Assembly (NCBI GenBank): GCA_012295275.1
Contig: CM022674.1
Span: 10,416,001-10,480,000, forward strand
Origin: Chrysomallon squamiferum
Lineage: Eukaryota > Animalia > Mollusca
DNA: 64,000 nucleotides
Direction of reading: 5' to 3'
Position 1 is the stretch's first letter, and each line of letters begins with the position of its first letter. Both the position numbers and the translations under genes were made by a program. The notes beneath the pieces were generated by a model that was not told the origin of the DNA, did no database searches, and was given only the letters and a program-made list of their open reading frames with translations. Shown here one piece after another: positions 26,331 through 40,672 of the stretch.

Positions 26331-28111
26331 AAGAATTTTGTTTATTAATTTATTTTTAATTTATTATTTTATTTTGCTTTTATCTGTTTATAAAGTAGTT
26401 TAAATTATTCAAATTCACTCTAAACACTGAGTCACAGTACCTCACAAATTAAATTGCAAAATCTCTTCATTATACTTTTTAAAATAATTGCATATGATAC
26501 AATAAATTGCAATAAATAAATAAATAAATAAAATTACAATAAAAAATAAAAAAAAAAAATAAATAAGTAAACAAAGAATAAAAAAATAAATAAACATATA
26601 AACTTTATCTGTTAATTTAAACTTAATTTCACAATATATTTTGACTGTTCCCATTTTAACAGTTATGGTATATACCAAAATAATATATTTACTACCAGAG
26701 ATTAAAAAATAAATACAGATAGAGACAATAGCTGCTATAAAATTATCTCTGCTAACAAAAATTGTAATTAAATAGAGAATAATGGTTTTTAATCTTTCAA
26801 AGTGATATTTTTATGTACAATATATTTTAATGTTTAGAACTGAAAATGTAATTATTAAAGGCTACAGCTGTTTTGCCTTGAAGCTCCTGAGTCTCACAAA
26901 ATTATAATAAAAAGAAAAATAATAATAACAAAAAAAGCAAAGAAGGTCGAAACACAAATTCTGTGAAATGTTGATTTTATTCAGGATTCAGCTATTGTAA
27001 AATCATGTTTCCGGTAACTAGTAAAAAATTCAAGTGAGTATTTTTATCATTCAGACTAAAACCAGATACACCAGCTACAACACAGATTTACTCTAATCAT
27101 GTTTTACTTTACTAAGTGAAAACTGCTAAATGTGAAGGTGATGTAGACTTACTTACATTGTTTACTACTGATGTGTATGTATAAATATATCAATTAAAAC
27201 AAATTGTTTATTGCACTGCATGTAGTTCAGAACATTTTTAATGTTTCTTTTGAGCATATGGTATATATATATATTTATATATATACACAGTACTTCTGGA
27301 GATCTCTCCATTTGATATGGATCCAATCCCAAACTGAAACAAATTCATCCCAAGTTAGAATTATCCATACCATAGAATTGATGTTGAATCTGAATATCTT
27401 GTATTAGTACACACCCACCATTCTGAAATACACCTCGCTTTCATTTGTCTTTTTCTGATATATTTTCTTATTCTCATATAAAAAATCATTCATCCCATTG
27501 TGAAATTATTATAGCCCAGTTTCCAACTGATACACGCCATATTCACATTGCTCTATGCCACTAAGAGATATACTGAAAAGGAAGAGAAAATAGAGAAATA
27601 CTCAAAGAACTGCAAAATAAATTATGGAAAATCCTGTTACGAGATCTTTGACAACAATACTCTTTATAATTGGCTTACAAGGTACATGGTTTCATTAGAT
27701 GGCTTCTGGGAAAAAGTAAGTTTCTTTCTGATCAACAAAGGAAACACTATAAGATGTGGCAAAAAAAAAGAGGAAAAAATGAAAGAATAAAAAAAGAACA
27801 GAATAAATGTAAACAATGATCAACAATTTATTATTTCTACATCGTAAAAATATTTTCATTAGTATTATTATCATTTTAACTTTTCTTCTCACAGTTTGTC
27901 AATGAAACTATAAATTTAGTTAATTTATCAAGTATGAAAATGATGGTTTTTGTTATTGATAAATAATCATGACTGAAGTTCAGTAATTCTTAAAATTGTT
28001 ATTTAAAATGAATAAATAAATAAATAAAAATTAATTAACAAAAATAAAGTTTTGCTTCAAACCTAAGATAACTGCCAGCATATGGCTATGTCTTAAATTA
28101 TATTTATATTA

Positions 28112-28161
<50 letters not shown>

Positions 28162-30008
28162 CATTCTAGACAAAATGTTGACCAAGACAAATATTTAAGT
28201 GAATTTGTTTTTTTTCCTAATGAAAATGAAATGCATATTACCTTGGGATCTAAAGTGTTTCTGTTAAGAAGCCAGACTAATTAAAAACAGAACATTATCA
28301 TGAATATTGATAGTTACATTTAACTGTATATTATATTATTAAATTAGTTAAAAGAAAAGTGTGTGTTATAAAAGACGTTGTAGATGAAACCATTAAACTG
28401 AATGTAATGATGATAAATTAATAAAGTCGCAATATTATAAGTTAACAAAATCGCAGACGTTACTCACTCACATGGAAGGTGTATAAATCATTCGATTTCC
28501 ATAAGCGATGGTTTTGTTTGGTTTATTATGGTCAGTGTGTTTATTTCACCTTTCACTCGTTCTTTGTTTCTTATTTTATTTTATTTATTTATTTGTTTAT
28601 TTATTATTACTTTTTGTATTTTTGTTGTAGCTTTTGATTTTTTTTTTTATCGTATCATTTATTTATTTATTATTAATTAATTTATTTGTTTATTTATTTT
28701 CCCCTCTCCCCCAAGGTCTAATTATGCACCATTAATTACAGCTCTATAAAGTGTTCAAGTCTTGTTTTTGATTTACATGTTTTAATCTCTTTTGTAGAAT
28801 ACATTAATATGGCTCTAGAATAAAATATCGCGGTTGATTTAATCTCTAGTGTATTAAAGTTTGTGATATTCAACTTTAGGTTTCTTGACTTTCATTCTGA
28901 GATAATTCTTATTGTAAACTGAACGACAGCAACAATGATTTATAAATAAAGAATAACCATACATAATATTTATAAACCACTTATTCGTACAGTTTTTACT
29001 TTAGTACAGAAGTGTCTGTCTGGCCTTTTTAAATTGTTGACTGTTTTAACGTGAAAATATCTCTGGCTCTAGAACGCAGGAGATGCATTCTGGTAAATAA
29101 ATTTGAAGTGTTTATACCACAGATACAAAAACGTCATACTGTTCGCATCACTGATCTATTTATTTACTTATTTATTTATTTTTAAACACATCCATGGACG
29201 GACTTGGCAGACCATGGTTTGTTCGAAAATCATGCACTCCGGCCTCTGTGAGCAAGTGAGTCAAAACATATAGCAAAATGCATTTAGACAATATCGATGC
29301 AAAAAGCAGGTTTGACATACACACATACACACATACATACATAAAATCCGTTTCTTGTCATTCATCCTTTTGACTCTTTATCACAAAATTTACTTGTCTT
29401 TGCTTAATATCCAATTTAAAAAAAATAAAAGAAATAATAATAATAATAAAGAAATAAATAATTATGGAGAGAAAGCCAACAATCAAAATTAATTATAAAT
29501 AATATCTATCTGTCTGTCTATCTATCTACCTATATATAATAGTATAATTCCTATAATTTATTTTAACTAATTATTAATATTGTTTTATTAACAGTTCTTG
29601 AGCTTTTCCTTATCTGCTAGAACTGGTTTTGAGATATCGATGCGCCATAGCAAACATTTACGCCAACGAAAAATCTAAACCAAAGCAGGTGCGCATGATG
29701 TCATTTCCTATCAACCATGTAAACAGTGGACTGTACTTATTTGTGTAAAGATAAAAATTATAATAATAATAATAAATCATTTTAACCTGAATGATAGCAG
29801 AACAATAAGAAATAAATGGTAATTTTATTCATTTCCGATTTCTTCTGGAACTATCATTGGGTTTTTTAATACTTATAATTTTGTTTTCAGGCAATAGTTT
29901 TATCCAAAACATATACACAACATTTTGCTATTATAATTTCTACCATTTTCAGCAGAGGCACTACACTTTTAAAAGGTTGACGAAAATATTATAATATATT
30001 GAGCAATC

Positions 30009-30588
30009 ATGTCTTCAAAAAAAAAGGGGAAGTCTATGCATGCTAAACTGATGAAAAAGAAATTTTTGTTCGAAGAGGCTAAAGTAAATGTCGAAGAACT
30101 GAAGGATAATTATGAAGTTCAACAGCAAAGTGTGCCTGATAATGTGATCCAATTCGAGGACCCTGTTCCAAATGATTTTACATTTACCAAAGGAATTGAA
30201 TATTTGGATGATGATGACTTTGAAGAGGAAAAAATGAAGTCCAAAAGGAAGAATATAAAAACGTACTCTTCAAAGACCTCTGTTGTGAAAACTCAACAAG
30301 GAATGTTGAATCGTTACCCATCTCAGAGAGTTAAACAGCTTTCCGTCAGTCTTAAAACTGAGTATTTGGGCCGTAACGACCTTTTTGCATCTTCCAACAA
30401 CAACGATTATTATCCCTTGAACAAACTGCAGGTAAGATCCATCCTATTTAATGAATTAGAATGAACTGTAATAATAATAATAATAATAATAATAAAAAGC
30501 TGATTTCAGTTATACATCACAGTTGTTCAAGTATTTAGTGTTCTATTTTATGTTTTAATTCAATAATTAATAATTATATTTATTTGTC

Positions 30589-30648
<60 letters not shown>

Positions 30649-30694
30649 CTTTTTACACTTTATCAGCAGATTTTTTTTCCTTCTAAAATGACAT

Positions 30695-30737
<43 letters not shown>

Positions 30738-30920
30738 GAATTATTTATTTATTTTTATTTGCAGGATTTGGTTAATAAGCTGAAAAGTAAATATAATTTT
30801 GAGCTGAATTTCTCTGGCATAAACCAGCTGACAGATGCAGTGTTTGCAACACTGCTAAAGCTACATGATGGAGGTTTTGACAATGTGATGAAGATAAATC
30901 TGACAGGATTTAAATTGTAA
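30009..30920 (+). CDS. Two coding exons (30009-30431, 30765-30920) of a protein entering an AMN1/FBXL-type LRR, apparently truncated
   Basis: 141-codon open exon ending cag|gtaaga; phase-0 acceptor at 30765; ELNFSGINQLTDAVF...KINLTG resembles LxLSGCxxITDxxL repeats and stops after INLTGFKL. Confidence 0.55.
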
Positions 30921-30986
30921 TTAATATTAGACAGGGGTTTTTTTAGGTTGTTTTTTTTGGAGAGCTGTTAAGGGGAGATCACTCAC

Positions 30987-32284
30987 CTTTTTAATGGTTG
31001 GCCTCTCCTTTGAGTGCTGTGACCAGCAACTCTGCATGAGATCTTTGAACTGCGGCATCATGTTTGTTACACTGTTCAGCCGCAGCCTGCTTCCACGATT
31101 CACCAGCTCTATCACCTGTAAACACACTGCTGTTGTTTAACACACACATCAACATATCACAGGTGTGTACATACTAATGTGTGTTTGTACACCAACACTC
31201 ACAAGAACACACACACACACACGGCTTGAATTCACACACACACAGAAACAAGTGCATGTAAATAAACTAATTTATACATGCATTTGGATACTAATATAAG
31301 TACCTTTACAGAGATACATATGCATTCAAGTATGCAAAAACACATATATAGAGAAATATATTAATAAATCAACTCAAATACATTTGTACACAGATACATG
31401 CAGACACATTCACACCCACACATATATATTACACATATATTGCACACTTAAATACACACATGCACACTCAAACATATATATATACACAAATAACAGACTG
31501 TATCACACTACATCTTGCTATGCAATGGTATCTTCAAACTGGTCTTAACACACACAAACACATGAACACACACACACACAAATACACACACAAACACAAA
31601 CAAACAACAAATTGTATCAAATTATCTTTTCCTCCTTCCAAACATATCCACACTCAAACACACAAACACACAAACATATACACAAACAAATCACATCAAA
31701 CTGCACCTTCCTCTGTGGCAATCTCTTCTTAACACACAAACACACACACACAAACAACACACACACACACACAGAAACACAGTGACACACACACACAAAT
31801 TGCATCAAACTACCTCTTCCTCAGTGACAATGTCTTCAAATGGGTCTTCACAGACAAACAGCTCCCACATTACAAGTCCAAACGAGTAAACATCGGCTGC
31901 GGTTGTGATCACTGCTTCATCCTCGAGTACAGTGGGGTTCTGCAGTATTTCTGGAGCTGTCCAGCAAATGTTGGCTGGACATGCACTGTAGTTATGACGA
32001 CCTGTAAAGTTACCTGTGTCTTTGTTAAGTCCATTTAGTAACTATTCTAAAACTTAATAGCTGTTGAGATTAAATTTTTATGTTTCTTTTATTTATATTT
32101 TATAATGAATTTTTTAAGATTATATACGTATGTGCATACATAGACACATATGTTCTACATCTATGTTTTCCATAAAGAAATGGAAACAGACATATATATA
32201 TATACACACATACACACACAGACACACACGCATACACACATATACATATAAACACATACAACACCTACTTAAACATAAATGGAC

Positions 32285-32323
<39 letters not shown>

Positions 32324-32888
32324 CACACACACACACATATACACACACACATGTATACAAAAACTATACATACATTAACATATGCAGTTATACTCTCATA
32401 TTTATACTTACAAACATTAATGTTCAAATATGTACCCTTATTGAATTATATTAATAAACTACTAGAACACATTAACAACAGAAAATCTTAAATGGTTTTA
32501 TATCAGTCTACAGCTTTGCTAATGGGAGATAACTCTGCCAAGAAAAACACATAATATTGTCTACCATAGTTCTTTAAAGGCATTATGGGTAAAGAGTAAA
32601 AATATATTTTCTTTATTTAATTTTTTATTTATTTATTTATTTATTTATTATCATTATCAGCACTTTATATAAATAATCATTATAGGTATAAGATTTTTAT
32701 TTTTATATTAAATCTCTCATTTTTGCATTAAAATATTCACATAAAGATTTACCAATACTAAGTTAAAAGTTAGGGAAAGAATCTTTTGAAAGTGAATATT
32801 AATTCATTTCATAAGGAAGTTATTATATTCATAATATTCTGTAATAATGTAGTAATAAGATACTTTTGTGAAGTGTATGTAGTTCTAT

Positions 32889-32922
<34 letters not shown>

Positions 32923-34700
32923 GAGAAACCAAAGTTCTTTCTTCATCAGCTCTATGATGTCATCAGTCACCTGATTGTCATGGATATTAATTGTTAATTG
33001 TTTCAGTGCCACAGTCATGTCGTGCCATTCTGCTACATGAGTGTCTCCAAAGCTGCCACCTCCGAGTCTGAATCATGAATCATAACACATATGACATCAT
33101 AAAGATATGTGTGACATCGTAAAGATATGTTTTTCATTCTTAAGGAATGTACTATGTAAAATACCTCACATGGTTTCAAGTTGAAAATGGTGCAAAGGCA
33201 TGATCAAAATTTGACTGAGAGAAAATCTTTACTAAAATACAACTTTAATCTAAAAATGTTTCCTTAAATATCTAATTAATAAATATAAATAAAATATATA
33301 TATATGTATGTAAAAAAATAATTAAAAAGAAAAGAAATAAAAATACGAATCCTATATCTGCATTTGTAAATTCACCATGGCAGTAGCTCACCTCTGTCTC
33401 ATTTTAATCGTGTCAACAGACATAACAGCATTCTCTAAAACAGGCAGCTGACTTTTCTTGGACACTTTCAATCCTGGTTCATAATCCCGGTACCTAACAG
33501 ACATCAGTGATGGGGCTGTTAGGCGTCTGTCATAAATGTCATCATTGGGGGAATGGTGTGAAAACCCTCTCATTTTTCCAGTAACTGAAACAGCAAATAT
33601 GTGACTTCTTAAACACTTTATACATATATATATATATATAATGATGTCGCAACCATAGAAAAATGTTGGTGATCAGGTATTTTTAATTTGCATTCTATTT
33701 TTTAATCAACTTTATTATTAATTAAGATTGCAACCTACAAACCAAAATTATATGTAAAACTCAGAACTATACGGATAACATACAGAGTAGTTCTTCGTAT
33801 CACCTAAGGTACATTTGTTAAACCTTATTATTAATAAAGATTGGAAGCCAAAAATAATTACAAAATGTAACTCAGAAGAATATGGACTCTATTTAGAACA
33901 GTTCTTTATGTTAGTAAATGAATATTTTAAATGCAGAACTCAGAAAATCTAAGTAGAATGGTAGGTATGTTCTACTGAGGTAACAGAAGAATCCGATAAT
34001 TAACGCCATGAACAAGAAGCTAAGAATAGCACCAAACATAATAAACATATCACTGCTCTTGCGGTTTTCTGACCTTTCTGCAAAAAATTTAAATGATCAA
34101 GTACTGTTAATTAGATGGCATTCTCATTAGTGTATTCTCCAGTTACACTGATGCTTGTCATCCAACAGTCTTGTAAAATTTATTTAAATTATTAATTAAT
34201 TACTAATTACATGGCAGTCTCATTAGTATATTTAAACAAATAATAATAATAAAAATAATTTGCTGCTACAGTCATGCTTGTTATCTGACAAACTCTAAAT
34301 TTATATTATAAAACGTCTAACCTAAAATTTCAGAATATATTGTATGTTTTACATTTCTAACAACAGATATCTCTTTAACAATTGATATAAATTTCAAAAA
34401 CAAATTATGTACAATCATATTTCTACTTACATTTTTTTTATTCTTCACATCACCTAATTTACACATTTTAAAATACAAAGCTCAATATCTTCAATTATTT
34501 TTACTTTGAAGAAAGCAGAAAAATTGCTAACAGACTGAGGATATGAAAAATCGTCTAGTTATTTGCTGATCAGTTGTATAGGTTAAGTATGTAAAGTAAA
34601 ATATAACAATGCATAAATCACTGATAACTTTCAAGCATCAACTTATATGTGGGTTCTTAGATTTCTGTGAATCAAACAATGCTACAGAATATTTTTTTAA

Positions 34701-34747
<47 letters not shown>

Positions 34748-35957
34748 TTAAAATACATTAACACCAGGTAATTCATTTAATGTACAATTACCCCATTTGC
34801 ACTTTAAGCTGAGGTAAAAGTATTCACAATTATGTTGTTATGAGTGTGTAACTAATACACTAGATTAAGATAACATTACTGACACTAGTAAATTATTATC
34901 TAAACTTGTTATCTACATACTGAAAATAAACAATTACTCTGTATAGTGTGCACTGTAAGCTACATAATAAGGTGTAAAGAAATATAACTCTGCAGTGAGG
35001 TTTAATGAGAGTGTTGTATGATGTACAAAGTGTTGTAACATTTATTTGTATAAATAATTGTGTTACTACGTAAACAGGTTAGTTATGGAGAGGACTTAAA
35101 ATTCATCATCATTCGATTAGAACATAAGTAAAAATATTGTTGTTGTTGTTTGGGTATTTTTGTATTGTTTTTCTTTATTTGTATTTTTTTAACTTTTGTT
35201 TTATTATTATTATTTTGTTTATTTTACAAAAATTTTCAAAATATTCAAATTAAATATCATACATTTATTGAAATTTTCTTCAAATTGAATATAGTTCTGC
35301 AAATAACAAAACTATAATGACAATACCAAAAACAACACCAACAGTAACAATAATCATTTTAGTTATATGTGATAAGTTGTTCAACTATTATTCAAGTATT
35401 TCATTTAGAAAATATTTTTCTTCAAATGTACTCCAAAATATTGAAAGTTATGTGTTCAGCAACAAACCATGAAGAAATGGACAGAATGTTATTATATTTT
35501 CAACAAAGCTTGCATGTGAAGCAAAAAAAATGGAGAAGATGAAAAAATATCTTTCAGTTTATACTACCTAATGAATGCACATTTTTAAAATCCCATATTT
35601 TAAAATTACTAACCTTACAAAGAGTGCCAAAAATTTCTGTTTTCAAATTCCAAAATTTACAATTATTATTTTTGATTTTTAAAATTAACACTGGACCTAT
35701 TTTTAAAATACTTTATATGAAGTTCCCAAATTTTACATTTAAAATTACATACCACATTTCCAACACCAGAATCTTCAATAATTTTAAACAAACCATCATC
35801 AGGTTCTTTTCTCGTTGCATCACAAATTAACTTAATTATTGTTTTCCTTTGTTGCACAGACCTAAAAAAAAAAGAAAAAAATTATTTAAATAAATATATA
35901 AATAAATTAAATGTTATCAAAGTCATTTTTGTTTAAATGTTACTTTTGATGGTTGTG

Positions 35958-35990
<33 letters not shown>

Positions 35991-36964
35991 CACCAATGTT
36001 TATAAATATGAAATTTTGTAAATTATATACCATGAAAATAAAAGTATGTTGTTATGCTTATAAATATAAGACCAGTATCTATTGGATGCAATAAAATTAT
36101 TTTTTATATATATTTATAAATCAAACATGTACACATTAAAAATTAATTCTTATTATTTAAAAATGATATCTGCAAGTATTTATATACATTAAAAGCAAAT
36201 TATTTTTATTTACAAATATTAAATTAGCATATATAGCAATCTGAAAGACCATAAATTCAAATATTCACAAATATAAGATATTTTTTATCTCTATATTCAG
36301 TAAGAATAAATTATAATAATTTATTTATGAATATAGTGAATATATTTCTTAATTCAAATACAACTGAAACATTATTTTGTTTACAAATAAGAAATTTACA
36401 TCTACATATATCAAGCAAAAACATATTTCAACTTTTGTTAACATGAAATATGTACAGATCTGTATGCAACAAAAATTATTAATTTTGATTATAAATACTG
36501 AATTCTTCATAAAATTCATAATTTTTATTTTTGTTTTTAATATTATGAACAGAAAATGTGTCTGTAGCTGTATTCAGTAAAAACAAATACTTTTTTTCAT
36601 TGTACATAATAATGAAGTTTGTACATGCTTATAAATCTAGTGAAAATAAATTCAAATATTTATCTACATGCAATCTGCAAGTACCTATCAGCATTAAGAA
36701 CAAATTTGTTTATTTAAAAATGTCAGACCTTTGCTACCTGTAATCTTCAAAACAAATATATTTAGATATATCAATTAAAATTTTAACATACTCTCAATAA
36801 AACCATGTTCTTTTCTTTCTAATTTATTTTTTTGTTATTGTTGTTTTTTTTGTTTTTTGTTGTTGTTGCTGTTGTTATTATTTTTTGTTGTTATTTGTTG
36901 TTGTTGTTTTTTCTTTTTCTTGTTGTTGTTGTTCTTGTTGTTCTTCTTCTTCTTCTTCTTCTTC

Positions 36965-37014
<50 letters not shown>

Positions 37015-37545
37015 TTTTTTAATTATCATCATCATCATTACTGATCTTATTATAATTTCTAAATGTAACTGTACATACATAAATTAAAAACAAATTCTTA
37101 TATCGATAAAACCTAAAATGAAATTTAAGAAACGTTGCTGTATATTTCCAATTACTAAATACAAATAATGATCCACTGATAAATATGAAGTGTGTAAGTA
37201 CTTGTCTCCAGTAAAGACCAGTGCTGAGTTGGTGTGGTTGTTGCTGATATCTCGAATGACTCGGAACTTGGCGTAGTTCTGCAAAACCAAGAGTAAAATA
37301 TTGTTTCTGTTCTTTGATGTTGAACTTACATACCTGATCAAAAAAAAAAAAAATAGATGAAAAAAAAAAAATTAAAAAAGAGATGAAACATTTTGTAGCT
37401 GAGTGAAAGGAAAAAATAAAAGGTATAAACAGGGAAAAAGAAATACTGATGGAGAAAAGTGAGTTGTAGAGAATAAGACAGAGACAGTGAGAGAGACAGA
37501 GAAAGAAAAGAGTAGAGAAAAGAGAAATAATAGAGAGAAAACAAA

Positions 37546-37598
<53 letters not shown>

Positions 37599-38025
37599 TT
37601 AGATTTATTATGTCTAAATGTCTAAATGAACATGTTTAAATATATTTATGAATGTGTATGTATGTGAAATTGACATACATCATTTAGATATGAGTAAACA
37701 ACACATTTTTTATGCAATGTCTAAATGTCTTAAATGAACATGACTTCCCTGTAAAATAAATAAATTTATGAATGTGAGATGAGATTATTTATGTTTAATT
37801 ATGTCTAAATGTCTAAAATGAACATGTTTAAATATATTTATGAATGTGTATGTATGTGAAATTGACATACATCAGTTAATGGGATCCATGTTAATGTAGA
37901 TATGAGTAAACAACACATTTTTTTCACTGCAACTAAATAACATCCATACCCTTGTGCAATGTCAGTGTTGACTTGAGACATGTTGAGTGATAAATACGGG
38001 TTAAAAGTACAGTTGTAAGACTTCC
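30987..38025 (-). pseudogene. Single-pass receptor kinase (TKL-like) with MRH-like ectodomain, incomplete; exons 38025-37950, 37278-37202, 35861-35753, 34077-33976 (TM), 33584-33392, 33067-32921, 32001-31814, 31115-30987
   Basis: LGGGSFGDTHVAEWHDMTVALKQL (subdomains I-II), CWTAPEIL (VIII), ADVYSFGLVMWEL (IX), DLMQSCWSQHSKERPT (XI); TM MFIMFGAILSFLFMALIIGFFCYL; ectodomain VFTGDKSVQQRKTIIKLICD. No HRD/DFG exon found; donor after 32921 reads GA rather than GT. Confidence 0.75.
37595..37935. repeat. Local ~200 bp tandem duplication including a copy of the 38025 acceptor
   Basis: tatgtctaaatgtctaaa..tgaacatgtttaaatatatttatgaatgtgtatgtatgtgaaattgacatacatca occurs twice; gacttccctgtaaa occurs at ~37742 and ~38019. 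Confidence 0.75.
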
Positions 38026-38051
38026 CTGTAAATAAATAAATAAACAAATAA

Positions 38052-38136
<85 letters not shown>

Positions 38137-38274
38137 AAGTTTGTAGGTCATTTCATAATAAATAAAACAATATCAAGAAATAGAGCTACACAAAATATAT
38201 TGAAGATATTTTCTCACAGTTACTTTATAAATAAACTTCAACACATTTTAATTTTTTTTTTATATATGTGTGTG

Positions 38275-38352
<78 letters not shown>

Positions 38353-39077
38353 GAAATGTTTGAGTGGTTACCAAAAAAAATAATACCTTGACAGGTCATG
38401 GTAAAGAAAAGAATTGGTGAAGTGTGAAATATGAAACAAAATAACCACAATAAACAACAACAAAAATTGAAATTGTAAACAGTAAAATCCTATTTTATTA
38501 TCTGATGTTAAAACCACAATATTCCTGAGAATGATAATGTTGATGATGAAGATAATAATTATGATGATTATCTTGATGACAATAATAATGCTGCTGCTGC
38601 TGATGATGATTATAATAATAGATCATGGTGCAGATGATAATCCATGGTTCAATGTTACCAGTGATAGCAGTGTTGGTAGTCATAGTAATAATGTTCTTGT
38701 GGTTGTGGTTTAACAGTACATGGTAAAGTTAGTGTTTGTGTCAGTGGTTTTGACTGTAAGACCAGTTATAAAACAGTTTTGAAGGATAAGCATATTCAGT
38801 TTTAAATAATATATCAGAATACAAATTAATAATTTTAGTCAAAATTCATTTTAATTTTGTTATGATTTATTTATTTAGCTATTTTTTTCTTCTTAATATT
38901 TATTTTTAAAATGCATGTATTTATTTATTCAATATGTTTTAAATAAAAATTCCTTTTTTAATTATTCACAAAAAGAACTCCAGTGTAGTTAAGTTAATTT
39001 AGATGTATTTGCATAACAAAAATAAGAAGCAGCATTTATAAAAATTCGAATACATTACAAAACTCTGCATGCATTAC

Positions 39078-39480
39078 CTCGGCAAGCCTTCACTGCGTTG
39101 TAAACTTTTCAAATCAATTATGTCTCTTGTGCCTATAACCAGTTTACATGAGCCTAAACGGGACAGCTACATAGTCATTAGAAACGGCAGATTCAGGTGA
39201 ATTAATCAGCATAAAGACGACAAAACTAATGATAAGCGAACTCATCGCATTTCTTCTCACATACGAGAGTTCCGATAACAACCACAGATCGGAAACTACT
39301 GGTGTGATGTCACTGTTCAACATTTACTAAAATCGGGTCATAAGCTGAATTAGGTCAGATCGTCCTGTCAATAATTATGCTTCTTGAAATTCATTGGCTA
39401 ACATATTTTTAAAAGTGACCGGCCCAGTCTGCAATAAACCACGCCCAATATCATTGTTACTTTAAATACGTGCTCTTAAT
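39078..39480 (-). promoter_or_regulatory. Possible first exon and promoter of the receptor kinase
   Basis: Minus-strand donor ccgag|gtaatg at 39078/39077, CpG-richer stretch, CCAAT-like words near 39393 and 39445. Confidence 0.3.
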
Positions 39481-39796
39481 CCTTGGCTAGAAGCAAGTGT
39501 AAATATTTCAAATAGGGTTAAAGATATTGTGTACTGATTAACTGTAGTTATGTATTTTAAATGTAATAATGCCACAGAGACAGCAGCACTCAAAAATTAA
39601 GCTAAATGTTTTTCTTTGGTTCTTGTTTTAAATTTCATGCGGATGGTTATTAAAGGGAAGTAACTAGTAAAGTCTATATAATGAAAGCTGTTGTTGTTAA
39701 ATCCCTTTGACATACGAATTGCGCTGCCAGTACAATCACTTTATATTTTTCTTTTTCTTTTTTTGTTAGTTTTGTTTAGTTAACATATTGGTATTA

Positions 39797-39832
<36 letters not shown>

Positions 39833-39881
39833 TTCTTCTTCTTTGTTTTAAGTTTTATTTGAGGTGGTGATTACGGTGTTT

Positions 39882-39944
<63 letters not shown>

Positions 39945-40472
39945 CTTTGTCATAAAAAAAGATGGAACGAATACTACGAAGAAGGAGAAGAAGAAATAAC
40001 ATTTAAAATGATCAGCATGTCATTAGGCCTATACATTTTATTTTATTTTATTGTTTAATTTTAATGTAGTTATGTGTGAAAATACAAGTTTTCTCCTTAA
40101 GAAATATCGAAAAACATTTGAAACAGTAATAACCCCATGCACAGCGACAGGGAACGATCACCCATCCTTCAGCACGATATACTCTTAATTTTCAGATGTC
40201 ATTATAGTTTCCATAGATCACGTGACCAAGGACAGCGACACGTGTTAAAGTGGCCTGCTCATAGTGTTTTCAGTCATGGACATGCAGATCGATTGGTATT
40301 AACTCCAGATGCTTTCCGCAATAAATATTAAAATCCAGTTTAATACTTCCACAGCTGTTGGTGTGACATTACAGGGGCAGAATTCCGGTCAAAAACAAAA
40401 GAACTAAATTCATTACGATTCACATAGTATGAATGGCCTGTATATTGAAGTATTTCATTTTGTTTGTTCGAG

Positions 40473-40517
<45 letters not shown>

Positions 40518-40599
40518 TGTTTGTTTGTTTTTTTGTTTGTTCTTTTCTTGTCTTTTTTCTCGAGTTGTCTTTTTTGTTTTCTTTTGTTATTTTTTCCCC

Positions 40600-40634
<35 letters not shown>

Positions 40635-40641
40635 TTGTCTT

Positions 40642-40672
<31 letters not shown>

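Noticed and set aside
27290-27730. Possible coding or L1-like relic on the minus strand
   Set aside because: Short Trp-rich readings only, no diagnostic motif.
36832-37087. Poly-I/L/N/Y hydrophobic ORFs (also 13333-13609, 40429-40733, 44761-45124, 53108-53341, 62273-62665)
   Set aside because: Products of (ATT)n, (GTT)n and (GAT)n microsatellites, not membrane proteins.
38659-38753. Thr-rich exon-like segment upstream of the receptor kinase
   Set aside because: Splice sites are plausible, but the only fully open frame is phase-incompatible with the next exon, so it was left out of the model.
40210-40250. Paired E-boxes (tcacgtgac, acacgtgt)
   Set aside because: Short motifs with no linked gene identified; may occur by chance.
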